Assembly: GCA_964453645.1 (NCBI GenBank)
Contig: CAYVRJ010000003.1
Location: 224,302 to 263,831, forward strand
Reading direction: 5' to 3'
Source of the DNA: an uncultured Clostridia bacterium
Lineage (GTDB): Bacteria; Bacillota; Clostridia; Christensenellales; JAWKQI01
DNA length: 39,530 nucleotides
This document shows, piece by piece, positions 1 to 9,984 of this stretch. The translations under genes were made by a program, and so were the position numbers. The stretch's first letter is position 1. Each line of letters starts with the position of its first letter. A model generated the notes under the pieces. The model saw only the letters and a program-made list of their open reading frames with translations, did no database searches and was not told the DNA's origin.

Positions 1-1137
1 AAACATGGCTGTCTTAAAATGTTTCCGCCAAACAACATTCTCGTCTGAATTTTTTCCTCTTCCAACTTTAAAACCAATTTGTCTCGGTTCACACCTTCTT
101 TACACGTCATGATAAAGCCAAAGGGGGAGGGTTCGGAATTTGCTTCTTTTTCTGGCAAGAGCAGTTTGTTTGAAACGTCTTTTAGATTATCGTAGAGGTA
201 CTGCCAGTTTTTCCTGCGCTTTGCTGTAAACCCATCGAGTTTTTTAATTTGTGCACAGCCAATGGCAGCTTGCATTTCTGTTGCCTTTAAATTATATCCA
301 AAGTGAGAATACACATATTTGTGATCATATCCTTGGGGCAATTGGCCGTATTGTTTGTTAAAGCGATTGCCGCAAAGGTTATCAACTCCCGATGGACAAG
401 CGCAATCCCTTCCCCAGTCACGAATGGAGAGCATAATTTTGCTGAGCAGAGGGTCGTTGGTATACACAGCACCACCTTCGCCCATAGTTAAATTGTGGGC
501 AGGGTAGAAACTGGATGTGCCAATATCTCCAAAAGTCCCCGTTCTTTGGCCAGCATATTCACTGCCCAGTGCATCGCAGTTGTCTTCAATCAACCACAGA
601 TTGTTTTTGATACAAAAGTCCTTCACAGCCGAAATATGAAAGGGATTACCCAAGCTGTGTGCCAAAAATACTGCCTTTGTCTTTTTGGACAGTGCTTGTT
701 CGAGTTTTGATTCGTCTATATTATATTCTGGTATTTTAATGTCTACAAATACGGGAACTGCCCCGTATTGTACGATGGGCGAAACCGTGGTGGGAAATGC
801 AGCTGCAACAGAAATAACTTCGTCTCCCCGTTGAATGGCACGTTCTTTTAACAGGGGAGAGGTGAGGGCCATAAACGCAAGTAAATTTGCACTGGAGCCT
901 GAGTTGACTAGATGGCAATGGTTTATTCCCAAATAAGCACACAGTTCCTTTTCAAATTCATCGCAGTATTTACCCGAAGTCAGCCAAAAATCAAGGGCTG
1001 AATCCACAAGGTGAATCATTTCTTGGGCATCATACACTCTGCCCGCATAGTTGATTTTATCACCATCTCTATACTCTTTTTTATGGTGCTCGGCATAATA
1101 GTCTGCAATTAAATCAAAAATCTTTTGTTTATCCATA
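1..1137 (-). CDS. DegT/DnrJ/EryC1/StrS-family PLP-dependent sugar dehydrase, RfbH/DdhC (E1)-like. Partial: the 3' end runs off the window. It is not in the supplied ORF track because it has no in-window stop.
   Basis: A continuous minus-strand reading frame runs from the ATG at 1137 (RBS AAAAGGAGAA) to the window edge. It translates as MDKQKIFDLIADYYAEHHKKEYRDGDKINYAGRVYDAQEM...SFYPAHNLTMGEGGAVYT...DWGRDCACPSGVDNLCGNRF. A His sits where DegT aminotransferases carry the PLP lysine (SFYPAH vs SFHxxK). A Cys cluster resembling the [2Fe-2S] motif of CDP-6-deoxy-D-xylo-4-hexulose-3-dehydrase is also present. Confidence 0.75.
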
Positions 1138-1147
1138 TTTTCTCCTT

Positions 1148-2374
1148 TTAAAGCATATATCGGCAATCCACCACAGGTTTATTAAACTTTTGGGCATCCT
1201 TAAACTCTGCCCATGCGGTCAGTATCACCAAAATGTCGCATTCTTTCCCAATATCGTCATAATTGCTGATGTAGTGAATATTGTGTTGGTACTGTTTCTT
1301 ATATTCATCTATGGCAACGGGGTCATAGGCATAAATATTCGAATACCCGTTTTCCATCAGCTTTGATACAATTTTGGCACTGGGGGTATCCCGCACATCG
1401 TCGGACAACGGTTTGAAGGAAAGCCCCAATAAACCGATCTTTGCACCCTTGTCTATATTGGTTGTAATGCGCTTGAATATATAATCGGGCATGGTGTCGT
1501 TGGTGTGAATAACTTGCTTGAGAATCTTCGGCTCAAATCCCTTGACAACCGATTGAGAATAGAGGGCGTTGGTATCTTTGGGCAAACAGTATCCCCCATA
1601 TCCACACCCGGGATACGCGTACGTGGTCATGTTGCAGTTGTTCCATCGGCCGTCCATGTGCAGCACGCGAAACGCCTTTGCAACGTCAATATCCCCAACG
1701 GCATCCGCAACAAGGGACATTTCGTTTGAAAAGCTGATGAGCGTGGCAAGCAGAGTGTTGGAGAGATATTTAATAAACTCAGCGGTGTTTAGGGAAACGG
1801 TCACCACAGGAGCACAAAATGGCTCGTAAAGTTCTGCGAGCAACGCTGCACCCCTTGGTTCATCCGCCCCAATCACGATGCGGTCGGGATTGATAAAATC
1901 CTCCCAGCAATGCCCTTCCCGCAAAAATTCGGGATTGTTGGTCAATAGAACGTTTTTTGAAAATGGCTGAACAAAGGGAATCACCTTTGATTGCACCGTA
2001 GATGGGGGTACGGTGGATTTGACAATGAATACCCGTTCACGGTCGTCATCAATAGCACAAAGGGTTTGTTCCAATGCCTTGAACAAATACCCAAGGTCTG
2101 CCTCTCCATCTTTGCCGTAGGGCGTACCCACACAATAGAAGATATAGGTGCTGTTTTGAACAGCTTCTTGAATGTCATCTGTTATAAAAAAGTTGGTGTT
2201 TATCTGCTCCCTTAAAACGACATCCATATCCTTTTCATAAAAGGGCAGTTCTCCCCGTTTTAAAGGTTCCGTTTTTTGAACGTCTGGGTCAATGCCATAG
2301 ACGGAAAAACCCTTGCTGGCAAAACCAAGTGCAGTTGTCAGACCCACAAACCCCAAACCAAATACAGTGATCAT
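1148..2374 (-). CDS. nucleotide-sugar dehydrogenase (UDP-glucose/GDP-mannose dehydrogenase family)
   Basis: 408 aa. N-terminal Rossmann motif VFGLGFVGLTTA. Catalytic Cys motif GYGGYCLPKD. Its stop overlaps the upstream epimerase gene by 4 nt (2371-2374). Confidence 0.85.
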   Translation of the reverse strand: MITVFGLGFVGLTTALGFASKGFSVYGIDPDVQKTEPLKRGELPFYEKDMDVVLREQINTNFFITDDIQEAVQNSTYIFYCVGTPYGKDGEADLGYLFKALEQTLCAIDDDRERVFIVKSTVPPSTVQSKVIPFVQPFSKNVLLTNNPEFLREGHCWEDFINPDRIVIGADEPRGAALLAELYEPFCAPVVTVSLNTAEFIKYLSNTLLATLISFSNEMSLVADAVGDIDVAKAFRVLHMDGRWNNCNMTTYAYPGCGYGGYCLPKDTNALYSQSVVKGFEPKILKQVIHTNDTMPDYIFKRITTNIDKGAKIGLLGLSFKPLSDDVRDTPSAKIVSKLMENGYSNIYAYDPVAIDEYKKQYQHNIHYISNYDDIGKECDILVILTAWAEFKDAQKFNKPVVDCRYML

Positions 2375-3423
2375 GATTTGTCCCCCAAGAATTTCAAAAA
2401 CCTCTCCACACCTTGATCAACCAAAATTTCAGGCTGGTAATTGAGAATGTTTTGTGCCTTTGTAATGTTTGGGCAGCGGCGCTGAGGGTTGTGTGTTAAG
2501 TAATGTTTATCTTCCGAAACATTGTAGACGATGTCTCCAGTGTAACCAAAAATATCTCTTGCCTTTTCCCGGTATATTTCTGCAAGCTGTGTTACGCTAA
2601 TCTCGGGTAAAGAAATGCCAATATTAAAATAATCGTACTTGCCGTGGAGTAATATTTTTAAATAGCCAACAATTGCATCCGCAATGTAACAAAAGGTTCG
2701 GGTGGGCGTACCCTGGGAGAGTATCTCAATGTCTTTGTTTTGAAGAACTGCTTTGGCAAAATCTGCGGGAACTCGCTTGTCGTCAATACTCATGCCGGGG
2801 CCATAGTTGTTAAACGGACGGGCAACCCCAATGGGCATGTCATATTTTTGAGCGTACAACATACACAGGGTTTCGCAAAAACGTTTGGATTCATCATAAC
2901 AGGCTCTGGGCCCTGTGGCCGAGACACTGCCGTTGTACTCTTCATCGGTGGGCACGTGGGATGGGTCGGGGTCGCCGTACAGTTCGCTAGAGGAAAAGTA
3001 GAGCAAACCTTTGATCTGCTTGTCCCGATAAAAGTCCAGCAGTTTCCTCAAACCCCAAACGTTTGCATCAACCGTTTCTAGGGGATATTGTCTGTAAAAC
3101 ATGGGGGAGGCAATGGAAGCCATATGAATGATGTAATCGGCAGTGTGGGCTGCAGGGATACTACCCGGCTCATCGGAAATCACATTGTATGTTTGGGTTT
3201 CAAAGTCATTGAGCCACGGATGTTTACCCAGCATAAAATTATCTGTTGCGATGATTTTGATGTTCAATTGAGCTGCATATGCTTGAAAGAAATGCAGGAA
3301 GTAGTAACCCAAAAATCCAGCACAGCCCGTTATAAACACTGTGCTGTCCTTTAATTTATTTTGCTCCGCTGCACTTAATTTTCCAAAGGTATACGCAATA
3401 TCTTGTTTTAAAATCTCATTCAT
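2371..3423 (-). CDS. NAD-dependent epimerase/dehydratase, UDP-glucuronate decarboxylase (UXS/ArnA C-terminal)-like
   Basis: 350 aa. GCAGFLG Rossmann motif and YDESKR (YxxxK) catalytic motif. RBS AAAGGAA upstream of the ATG at 3423. Confidence 0.8.
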   Translation of the reverse strand: MNEILKQDIAYTFGKLSAAEQNKLKDSTVFITGCAGFLGYYFLHFFQAYAAQLNIKIIATDNFMLGKHPWLNDFETQTYNVISDEPGSIPAAHTADYIIHMASIASPMFYRQYPLETVDANVWGLRKLLDFYRDKQIKGLLYFSSSELYGDPDPSHVPTDEEYNGSVSATGPRACYDESKRFCETLCMLYAQKYDMPIGVARPFNNYGPGMSIDDKRVPADFAKAVLQNKDIEILSQGTPTRTFCYIADAIVGYLKILLHGKYDYFNIGISLPEISVTQLAEIYREKARDIFGYTGDIVYNVSEDKHYLTHNPQRRCPNITKAQNILNYQPEILVDQGVERFLKFLGDKS

Positions 3424-3467
3424 GTATTTATTCCTTTGTTGTATTAAAATTCCAATCTCTAGCCTTT

Positions 3468-3496
3468 ATTTTATCGCACCCAAGTGTTTGTGTCAA
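3468..3496 (-). promoter_or_regulatory. sigma-70-like promoter of the sugar operon (minus strand: TTGACA, 17 nt, TAAAAT)
   Basis: On the minus strand, TTGACA (3496-3491) is followed by a 17-nt spacer and TAAAAT (3473-3468). This sits about 40 nt upstream of the ATG at 3423. Confidence 0.4.
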
Positions 3497-3505
3497 TAAT
3501 AGCTA

Positions 3506-3895
3506 TTAAGCGACAATTTCAATTTGATTTCCTTCCGAATCCAATACACAGCTTTCGTAGTAACCATCGCCGGTGGTGCGGGGTTGGCTTAAAATGGTGT
3601 ATCCATCTCCCTCTAGTTCACTGGTCAGGGAATCCACTTTTTCCTTACTGCCCACCCCAAAGGCCAAGTGGATATAACCAGCCGTTAGGTGGTTCTCCGC
3701 TTTTGTGCCGGGGGTCATGTTGGGCCTGTTCATGATTTCTAGCCGAAAACCATCTTCAAAGGTTAAAAAATATGTTCTCAGCCCAGTGGTTGGGTTGTAA
3801 TATCCGTCGTTTGCCTGTGCACCAAAATACTTGGTAAAAAACGCTTTGGTTTCCTCTAAGTTTGCTACATTCAGTGCCATATGATCAACTTTCAT
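3506..3895 (-). CDS. VOC (glyoxalase/bleomycin-resistance) family protein
   Basis: Sequence MKVDHMALNVANLEETKAFF... is typical of the VOC fold. The ATG at 3895 is preferred over the GTG at 3919 because GGAG lies 5 nt upstream of it. Confidence 0.7.
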   Translation of the reverse strand: MKVDHMALNVANLEETKAFFTKYFGAQANDGYYNPTTGLRTYFLTFEDGFRLEIMNRPNMTPGTKAENHLTAGYIHLAFGVGSKEKVDSLTSELEGDGYTILSQPRTTGDGYYESCVLDSEGNQIEIVA

Positions 3896-4047
3896 AAGAA
3901 CTCCATACCACCGTTTCACTCATGGCACAAATAGTCATTAAAGAATCTTTCATAAAAAACTCCTTTGCATTTAGTGAATATAGTATACCATGCACAAGGT
4001 CGCTTTGCACACAGTCTAAAATATTTCATGCAGATGACTTGTTCCTA

Positions 4048-4076
4048 TTGCAATTGCATACAAATAATAGTATGAT
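4048..4076 (+). promoter_or_regulatory. sigma-70-like promoter for nfeD-flotillin (TTGCAA, 17 nt, TATGAT)
   Basis: TTGCAA at 4048-4053, a 17-nt spacer, and TATGAT at 4071-4076, about 50 nt upstream of the ATG at 4125. Confidence 0.45.
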
Positions 4077-4124
4077 AACATTATATAGAAAGAACATTGT
4101 TTATTATGAATTAGGGGTGATCAA

Positions 4125-4715
4125 ATGACACAGTGGTGGGAGAGTTTAACGCTGCTCCAACAAATTTTATTTCTCATTGCAACGCCGTCAACCGTGGTGC
4201 TCATCGTTCAAACAATTATGCTGCTCATCGGACTTGGCTCAGACCCGGATGTGGATGTTGCAGAGGTTGCCGATGCATCCGAGGTGGATGGTTCTAGCGA
4301 CAGCGGTATTGGACTGTTTTCCGTTCGGGGAGTCATGGCGTTTTTTGCAGTGGGTGGTTTCCTGGGTATATTTATGATCGATGTGGGTCTGCACCCTGCA
4401 CTGGCGATTTTGATCGCACTGGCGGGTGGATTTGCAGCCTTGGTGGGTATTGCATACCTCATGCGGGCATTATCCAGGCTGGCTCAGAGCGGAAACCTAA
4501 ACATAACCAATGCTGTTGGCAAGACGGCCGTGGTGTATATTCCCATTAGTTCCAACCAACCGGGTAAAGTGCACGTGACCTTTCAGGACAGATATACCGA
4601 ACTTGTGGCGGTGAGCCATCAGACGCTGCCCACCAACACCTATGTGAAAATAACAAAAACCGTAGACAGCGAGACAGTTTACGTTGAAAAGCTTATAGAA
4701 GGAACGGAGGAATAA
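4125..4715 (+). CDS. NfeD-family membrane protein (YuaF-like short NfeD, flotillin-associated)
   Basis: 196 aa. TM helices, an acidic loop, and a C-terminal beta-rich OB-like segment. Located immediately upstream of flotillin, as in B. subtilis yuaF-floT. RBS AGGGGTGA. Confidence 0.7.
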   Translation: MTQWWESLTLLQQILFLIATPSTVVLIVQTIMLLIGLGSDPDVDVAEVADASEVDGSSDSGIGLFSVRGVMAFFAVGGFLGIFMIDVGLHPALAILIALAGGFAALVGIAYLMRALSRLAQSGNLNITNAVGKTAVVYIPISSNQPGKVHVTFQDRYTELVAVSHQTLPTNTYVKITKTVDSETVYVEKLIEGTEE

Positions 4716-4717
4716 AC

Positions 4718-6136
4718 ATGAACAACGCATCCATGAGTGTCAATGCAGTATTTTTGGTGATTGTGATTGCCCTAATCGTTTTAACCACCATCATCGTCAT
4801 TTTTTCCCGCTATCGCAAATGCCCGTCGGATAAGATTATGGTCATATACGGTAAAGTGGGTTCCAACTCAGACGGATCCACCCGCTCTGCCCGGTGTATC
4901 CACGGCGGCGCTGCCTTCATTTGGCCGGTGGTGCAGTCCTATCAGTATATGGACCTAACCCCCTTGTCCATCAGCGTGGATTTAAAAAATGCCCTGTCCC
5001 GGCAAAACATCCGTATCGACGTTCCCTCTCGCTTCACGGTGGGCATTTCCACCGAGGCGGGTATCATGCAAAACGCCGCAGAACGGCTGCTGGGCCTTAA
5101 ATTAAATGAAATACAGGAGCTTGCGAAGGATATTATTTTTGGTCAATTGCGTCTGGTCATTGCAACCATGGATATTGAAGAGATCAACACCGATAGAGAT
5201 AAGTTCCTGCAAGCCGTCTCCACCAACGTGGAAGGGGAGCTCAAAAAGATTGGTCTTCGCCTGATTAACGTAAATGTCACAGATATTAACGATGAATCGG
5301 GTTATATCGTTGCCCTTGGTAAAGAAGCTGCTGCACGGGCCATCAACGAAGCCAAAAAGTCCGTTGCTGAAGCGGATCGGGAAGGTGCTATCGGTGAGGC
5401 CCATGCGAAGAGAGACCAGAGAATTCAAGTTTCTTTGGCAGACTCTGAGGCCATCAAGGGTGAAAACGAAGCAAAAGCGCAAGTGGCTCAGTCCGACGCT
5501 TTGCGCCGTGAAAAAGAAGCTGAATCCCTGCGCATCGCTATTTCTGCCGAAAAAATTCAGCAGGCGAAAGCGCTGCAAGAGGCGTATGCGGCAGAGCGAG
5601 AGGCGGAATCAGCCAGATTTGCTCGGGAACAGGCGACACTGGAAGCAGACGTCATCGTTAAGACAGAAATACAGAAAAAGCAAATGGAATTGGAAGCCGA
5701 AGCAAAGGCAGAGCAAATCAGGCGCACCGCAAAGGGTGAAGCAGATGCTATATATGCAAGATTGGAAGCGGAAGCCCGGGGTATGCAAGAGATGCTCACA
5801 AAACAAGCTGCTGGTTTTGGAGAGATTGTGAAGAGTGTGGGTGGTTCGGCAGAGGATGCCATGAAGCTCATCATTGCAGACAATTTGGAAAAACTGGTGT
5901 CCATCCAAGTGGAAGCCATCAAAAACTTAAAGATCGACAAGATCACCGTTTGGGATGGCGGTGGAAACGGCGAGAGCAGTTCCACATCCAACTTTGTCTC
6001 CAGCCTAATGAAATCCATTCCGCCCCTCAACGAGGTGTTCAATATGGCAGGCATGAAATTGCCGGAATTTTTGGGCAAAGAGATTGCTGCACCCGTTGAC
6101 AATGGGCATGGATACCCCATTGACGAGGAAATATAG
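4718..6136 (+). CDS. floT: flotillin (SPFH/band-7) protein, FloT/YuaG-like
   Basis: 472 aa. N-terminal TM, SPFH domain, long Ala/Glu-rich coiled coil. C-terminal ITVWDGGGNGESS matches FloT ITVVDTGGSGESS. RBS GGAGG. Confidence 0.9.
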   Translation: MNNASMSVNAVFLVIVIALIVLTTIIVIFSRYRKCPSDKIMVIYGKVGSNSDGSTRSARCIHGGAAFIWPVVQSYQYMDLTPLSISVDLKNALSRQNIRIDVPSRFTVGISTEAGIMQNAAERLLGLKLNEIQELAKDIIFGQLRLVIATMDIEEINTDRDKFLQAVSTNVEGELKKIGLRLINVNVTDINDESGYIVALGKEAAARAINEAKKSVAEADREGAIGEAHAKRDQRIQVSLADSEAIKGENEAKAQVAQSDALRREKEAESLRIAISAEKIQQAKALQEAYAAEREAESARFAREQATLEADVIVKTEIQKKQMELEAEAKAEQIRRTAKGEADAIYARLEAEARGMQEMLTKQAAGFGEIVKSVGGSAEDAMKLIIADNLEKLVSIQVEAIKNLKIDKITVWDGGGNGESSSTSNFVSSLMKSIPPLNEVFNMAGMKLPEFLGKEIAAPVDNGHGYPIDEEI

Positions 6137-6148
6137 AGTGAATCAAGA

Positions 6149-6183
6149 AAGCCCCATATGATGTATGGGGCTTAACTTTATTC
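6149..6183 (+). terminator. putative rho-independent terminator after floT
   Basis: Stem AAGCCCCATA / TATGGGGCTT with a 5-nt loop, followed by a weak T-rich tail. Confidence 0.45.
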
Positions 6184-6257
6184 TATAAATGTGCTATTTA
6201 CATTAAACATATACTATGCTAGACTTAAGTTAAGATGAGTACCCACTAGGAGTTCGT

Positions 6258-8243
6258 ATGAGGAAGATTCAATCGAAGATTTCCGTAAGATTTATTATAG
6301 TCGTTTTGATCGTTGCACTATTAATTGGTTTTATGGGCGAAGAAGTGGCACGGAAGGTTTCTGTGCAAGTGCTGGAGACGTCCATGTTAGAGGCGATCAA
6401 ACTCATTGCTTTTGGTGCAGAAAAAGCCATTGCGGAATATACCAGCGTCATGGGGGACATTGCCAATGACAATGGGTTTAGAGAGGTAAATGCATCCTTC
6501 GAAAGTAAGATGGATATTGTGCAGCGCAGTGTGGATAAATATTATATGCGCACAGGTGGCATTGCGTCCCTGGACGGAAACGCTGTTATGTTAGATGGGC
6601 AGAGAATCAACATAACAAACGAAGAGTTTTTCAAACAGGCGGTTGCCGGCAACGTGTATTTCTCACCGCCATATATTAATGGCGCAAAGAACGATATGCA
6701 TATCGTCCTGTCTGCCCCCATTGTAATTGAGGATCAGTTGGACTCCGTGCTGTTCTTTTACTGCGATGTCAAGGTGCTGGATCAAATTGTGCACACGGGT
6801 ATTCTGGGCGAAAAAGGTTCCTGTTACATCCTCGATAAAAACGGCACGACCATCGCATACAGCGGTGATCAATCCTTAGTCTTTAATAAAGAAAATTTAA
6901 CAGAACAACTCAAGTCAGATCCAAACAATACGGAGATTCGAGGCATTGCACAAATAGAAGCAAAAATGCTGGCGAAAGAGACGGGTACCGGTCAATACTT
7001 CTATGAAGGATACCAGAACTTGCAGAGTTATGCACCCATCAATAAAACAGATGGTTGGAGCATTGCACTCACGGCAACGCTGGATGACTTCCTGCAAGGT
7101 ACATATTTGGGTATTACTGTACTCATTGGGTTGTCTATTTTGTTAGTCATCATTGGTATGATCTATGGCATTTATTTTGGCAAGAAAATGGCCACACCCA
7201 TACAAAAGATCACCAAACGAATTGAATTGCTGGCTCAGGGGGATTTGAGAACGGAGATTCCTAGGGTTAAGAACAAAGATGAAATTGGCATTCTAGTGGA
7301 GGACACGGGGGACTTACTGGATATTTTGCGAAACATCATTGGCGATATCACCCACGTTCTGGGGGAAATGAGCAACGGCAATATGACGGTGCGAACCAGT
7401 GCAGACTATATTGGAGACTTTGTGCCCATTCAGGTTGCCTTAAATAAGATCGCCCAGTCGCTGAACAATACACTGGTACAGATCAACAATTCTTCCACCC
7501 ACGTTTCAAGCGGAGCACATCAAGTGTCTATGGGCGCACAGTCCTTGGCGCAGGGTGCTACAGAGCAGAGCAACGCGGTGAGTATGTTGGCAGAGCAAAT
7601 TTCCTTAGTCAACGAGGGTGTCAACAAGAATGCACAAAATTCCAAGGAGGCCAGCAGAATCTCTGCCGATGCAAGAGATAAGCTGTTGGAGGGCATGGAG
7701 CAGATGAATAAGATGTTGCTGGCAATGGACGAAATCAGCAAATCTTCCAGTGAAATAAACAAGATTATTAAAGATATCGACGACATTGCCTTCCAGACAA
7801 ACATTCTTTCCCTCAACGCTTCGGTGGAAGCGGCCAGGGCCGGAGAGGCGGGTAAGGGCTTTGCAGTTGTGGCAGACGAAGTGCGAAACTTGGCTTCCAA
7901 GAGTGCGCAATCTGCAAGAAACACCAGCCATTTGATTGCAAGTGCAATTTCATCGGTGGATGTGGGATCAAAAGTGGCAAAAGAAACGGCACAGACTTTA
8001 GACGAAGTGCTCAAACGTGCTTCGGAATCAGGTAAGATCATCAGTGCCATATCGGACGACAGCGTGGAGCAGGCGAAGTCCCTCATGGACTTGAATACAA
8101 ACATTGCGGAAATCTCAAACGTCGTCCACTCCAATACGGCCACTTCGGAGCAAAGTGCAGCCGCGAGCCAAGAGTTGTCGGGTCAAGCGGCATTACTCAA
8201 AGAGCTCATCTCTGAATTCAAATTGAGCAATTCAGATAAATAA
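6258..8243 (+). CDS. methyl-accepting chemotaxis protein (dCache-type periplasmic sensor, HAMP, MCP signalling domain)
   Basis: 661 aa. Two TM segments flank a periplasmic domain of about 250 aa. MCP signalling core [38 protein letters not shown]. Confidence 0.9.
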   Translation: MRKIQSKISVRFIIVVLIVALLIGFMGEEVARKVSVQVLETSMLEAIKLIAFGAEKAIAEYTSVMGDIANDNGFREVNASFESKMDIVQRSVDKYYMRTGGIASLDGNAVMLDGQRINITNEEFFKQAVAGNVYFSPPYINGAKNDMHIVLSAPIVIEDQLDSVLFFYCDVKVLDQIVHTGILGEKGSCYILDKNGTTIAYSGDQSLVFNKENLTEQLKSDPNNTEIRGIAQIEAKMLAKETGTGQYFYEGYQNLQSYAPINKTDGWSIALTATLDDFLQGTYLGITVLIGLSILLVIIGMIYGIYFGKKMATPIQKITKRIELLAQGDLRTEIPRVKNKDEIGILVEDTGDLLDILRNIIGDITHVLGEMSNGNMTVRTSADYIGDFVPIQVALNKIAQSLNNTLVQINNSSTHVSSGAHQVSMGAQSLAQGATEQSNAVSMLAEQISLVNEGVNKNAQNSKEASRISADARDKLLEGMEQMNKMLLAMDEISKSSSEINKIIKDIDDIAFQTNILSLNASVEAARAGEAGKGFAVVADEVRNLASKSAQSARNTSHLIASAISSVDVGSKVAKETAQTLDEVLKRASESGKIISAISDDSVEQAKSLMDLNTNIAEISNVVHSNTATSEQSAAASQELSGQAALLKELISEFKLSNSDK

Positions 8244-8281
8244 AAAATAAAAATCCGGTACCAAAGGGTGCCGGATTTTTG
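8241..8281. terminator. bidirectional rho-independent terminator between the MCP gene and the convergent SDR gene
   Basis: Stem ATCCGGTACC / GGTGCCGGAT (one G-U pair) with loop AAAG. An A-run lies upstream and a T-run downstream. Confidence 0.6.
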
Positions 8282-8312
8282 ATGTGCTTATTAATGATGC
8301 AAGTGTTTTGTA

Positions 8313-9095
8313 TTATATGCAGGGCATCACATTGCCGCCGGTAACGGGCAAGTAAACCCCTGTGATAAAGGAAGCCAGATCGGAAGCCAAGAAGCAAACC
8401 GCATTGGCGACTTCCAAGTCCGTACCACGGCGTTTCATGGGCACACGGTCGATATAGGGGAAATCTTGGGCAATGTTGCGCTCGGTGCCGTCGGTGGTGG
8501 GGTACCGCTCGGATTTGATCCATCCGGGAGCCACTTGGTTCACGGTGACATTATATTCGCCCAATTCCCGCGCCAGCACCTTGTAGATGCCGTCCATACC
8601 CCGTTTGCCCGCAACGTAGGCCGATTGATGGGTAAACATCTGCATGGCGCACTCGGTATTGATGCCAATAACTCTCCCCGATCTTTGCTTTTTCATGTCG
8701 GGTACAAATGCCTTGCACATATACACCGCCTGCATGACGCAAGACTTAAATTGGCTCTCATAGTCCTCTAGGTTTTGTTCCAGCAGCGTTGTCCACTCGT
8801 ATTGAATGACAGAATTGTTCACAAGGATATCCACAACGCCCAGTTCGCTAGAAACAGTTTCTTTCATTTTCAGCACTGCATCGTTGTCGGTGATGTCTGC
8901 CTGAACAGCAATGGCTTTCACACCATATTGCTGCATCACTTCTTCTTTGAGCTGGTTTGCAAATTGCTCTTGGGAAAAATAATTAATCACCACGTTTGCA
9001 CCACAATTCGCCAGTTCACGCACCATGGTTCTGCCCAATTGACCTGCACCGCCCGAGACCAGTGCTGTTTTGCCTGTTAAATCCAGATGTTTCAT
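8313..9095 (-). CDS. SDR-family oxidoreductase (FabG-like)
   Basis: 260 aa. TGKTALVSGGAGQLG Rossmann motif and YxxxK. RBS GGAGG. Confidence 0.85.
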   Translation of the reverse strand: MKHLDLTGKTALVSGGAGQLGRTMVRELANCGANVVINYFSQEQFANQLKEEVMQQYGVKAIAVQADITDNDAVLKMKETVSSELGVVDILVNNSVIQYEWTTLLEQNLEDYESQFKSCVMQAVYMCKAFVPDMKKQRSGRVIGINTECAMQMFTHQSAYVAGKRGMDGIYKVLARELGEYNVTVNQVAPGWIKSERYPTTDGTERNIAQDFPYIDRVPMKRRGTDLEVANAVCFLASDLASFITGVYLPVTGGNVMPCI

Positions 9096-9246
9096 GTTTT
9101 TCCTCCGCTATTTTTTGTATGATATAAGAAATATTTTATCATATTTGCAAAAATATTGACAATATATAATAAATCGTTCAGAATAGACAAATAGAACAAT
9201 TTCAGTATAAGAATCGACACGCACAAGAGAAGATGGGGGAGAGGTA

Positions 9247-9951
9247 ATGAAAATTTTCAGTAGAGACTTTAACAAAGAGCCGAAGGTAGATTTTAAGGAC
9301 TTACCGCCCAAAAAGGGGTTAGCCCTGTTCATGCAAGTGTTTGCACAAGAGTTTTGGACGCTGATTAAATTAAATCTGTTGTTTGTGCTGTTTTGCATAC
9401 CCGTTGTCACCATTCCTGCTGCCACCACGGCAAGCATCAAAATTACGTTAAACATGGTTCGGGAAAAGAATTTTTTCCTTTGGTTTGAGTTTTTCAAGTG
9501 TTTTAAACAAGAGTTTAAGAAATCCACCGTTGCAGGTTTCATCTTAGTTATTTGTTTGGCTCTGTCAGTGGCAGGGATCATATATTCTGGAGCTAGTGAA
9601 TTGGGCGATTTTGCAAGCAATGTCATAACAGGCACTGAAATTGCAGTGTTGTTTATTTCCATTCTGCTGAGTATGTATGTTTATCCCATGATTGCCATCA
9701 CCTATTTAAACATTGGCACAATCTTTAAAAACGCATTGATATTAATCGTGGTGCGGTTACCCTATAATTTATTTGCGTTAATTATGTGCGGATTACTCGC
9801 CTTAGCGGGTTACGTGCTGTTTCCCCTTTCCATCTTGCTGGCGATATTTTGCCTCTTTTCGTGGATGCAGCTCATCACAGCGTTTTGTGCATACAGTGGG
9901 CTTAAAAAATACGTTTTACAACAGGAAACAGAACAGGTTGAAATTCTATAA
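9247..9951 (+). CDS. YesL/DUF624-family membrane protein
   Basis: 234 aa. Pattern NLLFVLFCIPVVTIPAATTASIKITLNMV is characteristic of DUF624. Multiple TM segments. RBS GGGGGAGAGG. Confidence 0.7.
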   Translation: MKIFSRDFNKEPKVDFKDLPPKKGLALFMQVFAQEFWTLIKLNLLFVLFCIPVVTIPAATTASIKITLNMVREKNFFLWFEFFKCFKQEFKKSTVAGFILVICLALSVAGIIYSGASELGDFASNVITGTEIAVLFISILLSMYVYPMIAITYLNIGTIFKNALILIVVRLPYNLFALIMCGLLALAGYVLFPLSILLAIFCLFSWMQLITAFCAYSGLKKYVLQQETEQVEIL

Positions 9952-9984
9952 AATAGGTACTACTGTTAGACGAGGAAATGTTGT

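Noticed and set aside
5557-6120. 187-aa antisense ORF inside the flotillin gene; similar antisense ORFs at 7520-8143, 34505-35110 and 11540-11848 inside the MCP and kinase genes
   Set aside because: Ala/Glu/Ser-rich coiled-coil coding regions (GCN/GAR codons) give stop-free antisense frames. No RBS. The overlapping sense genes have strong family signatures.
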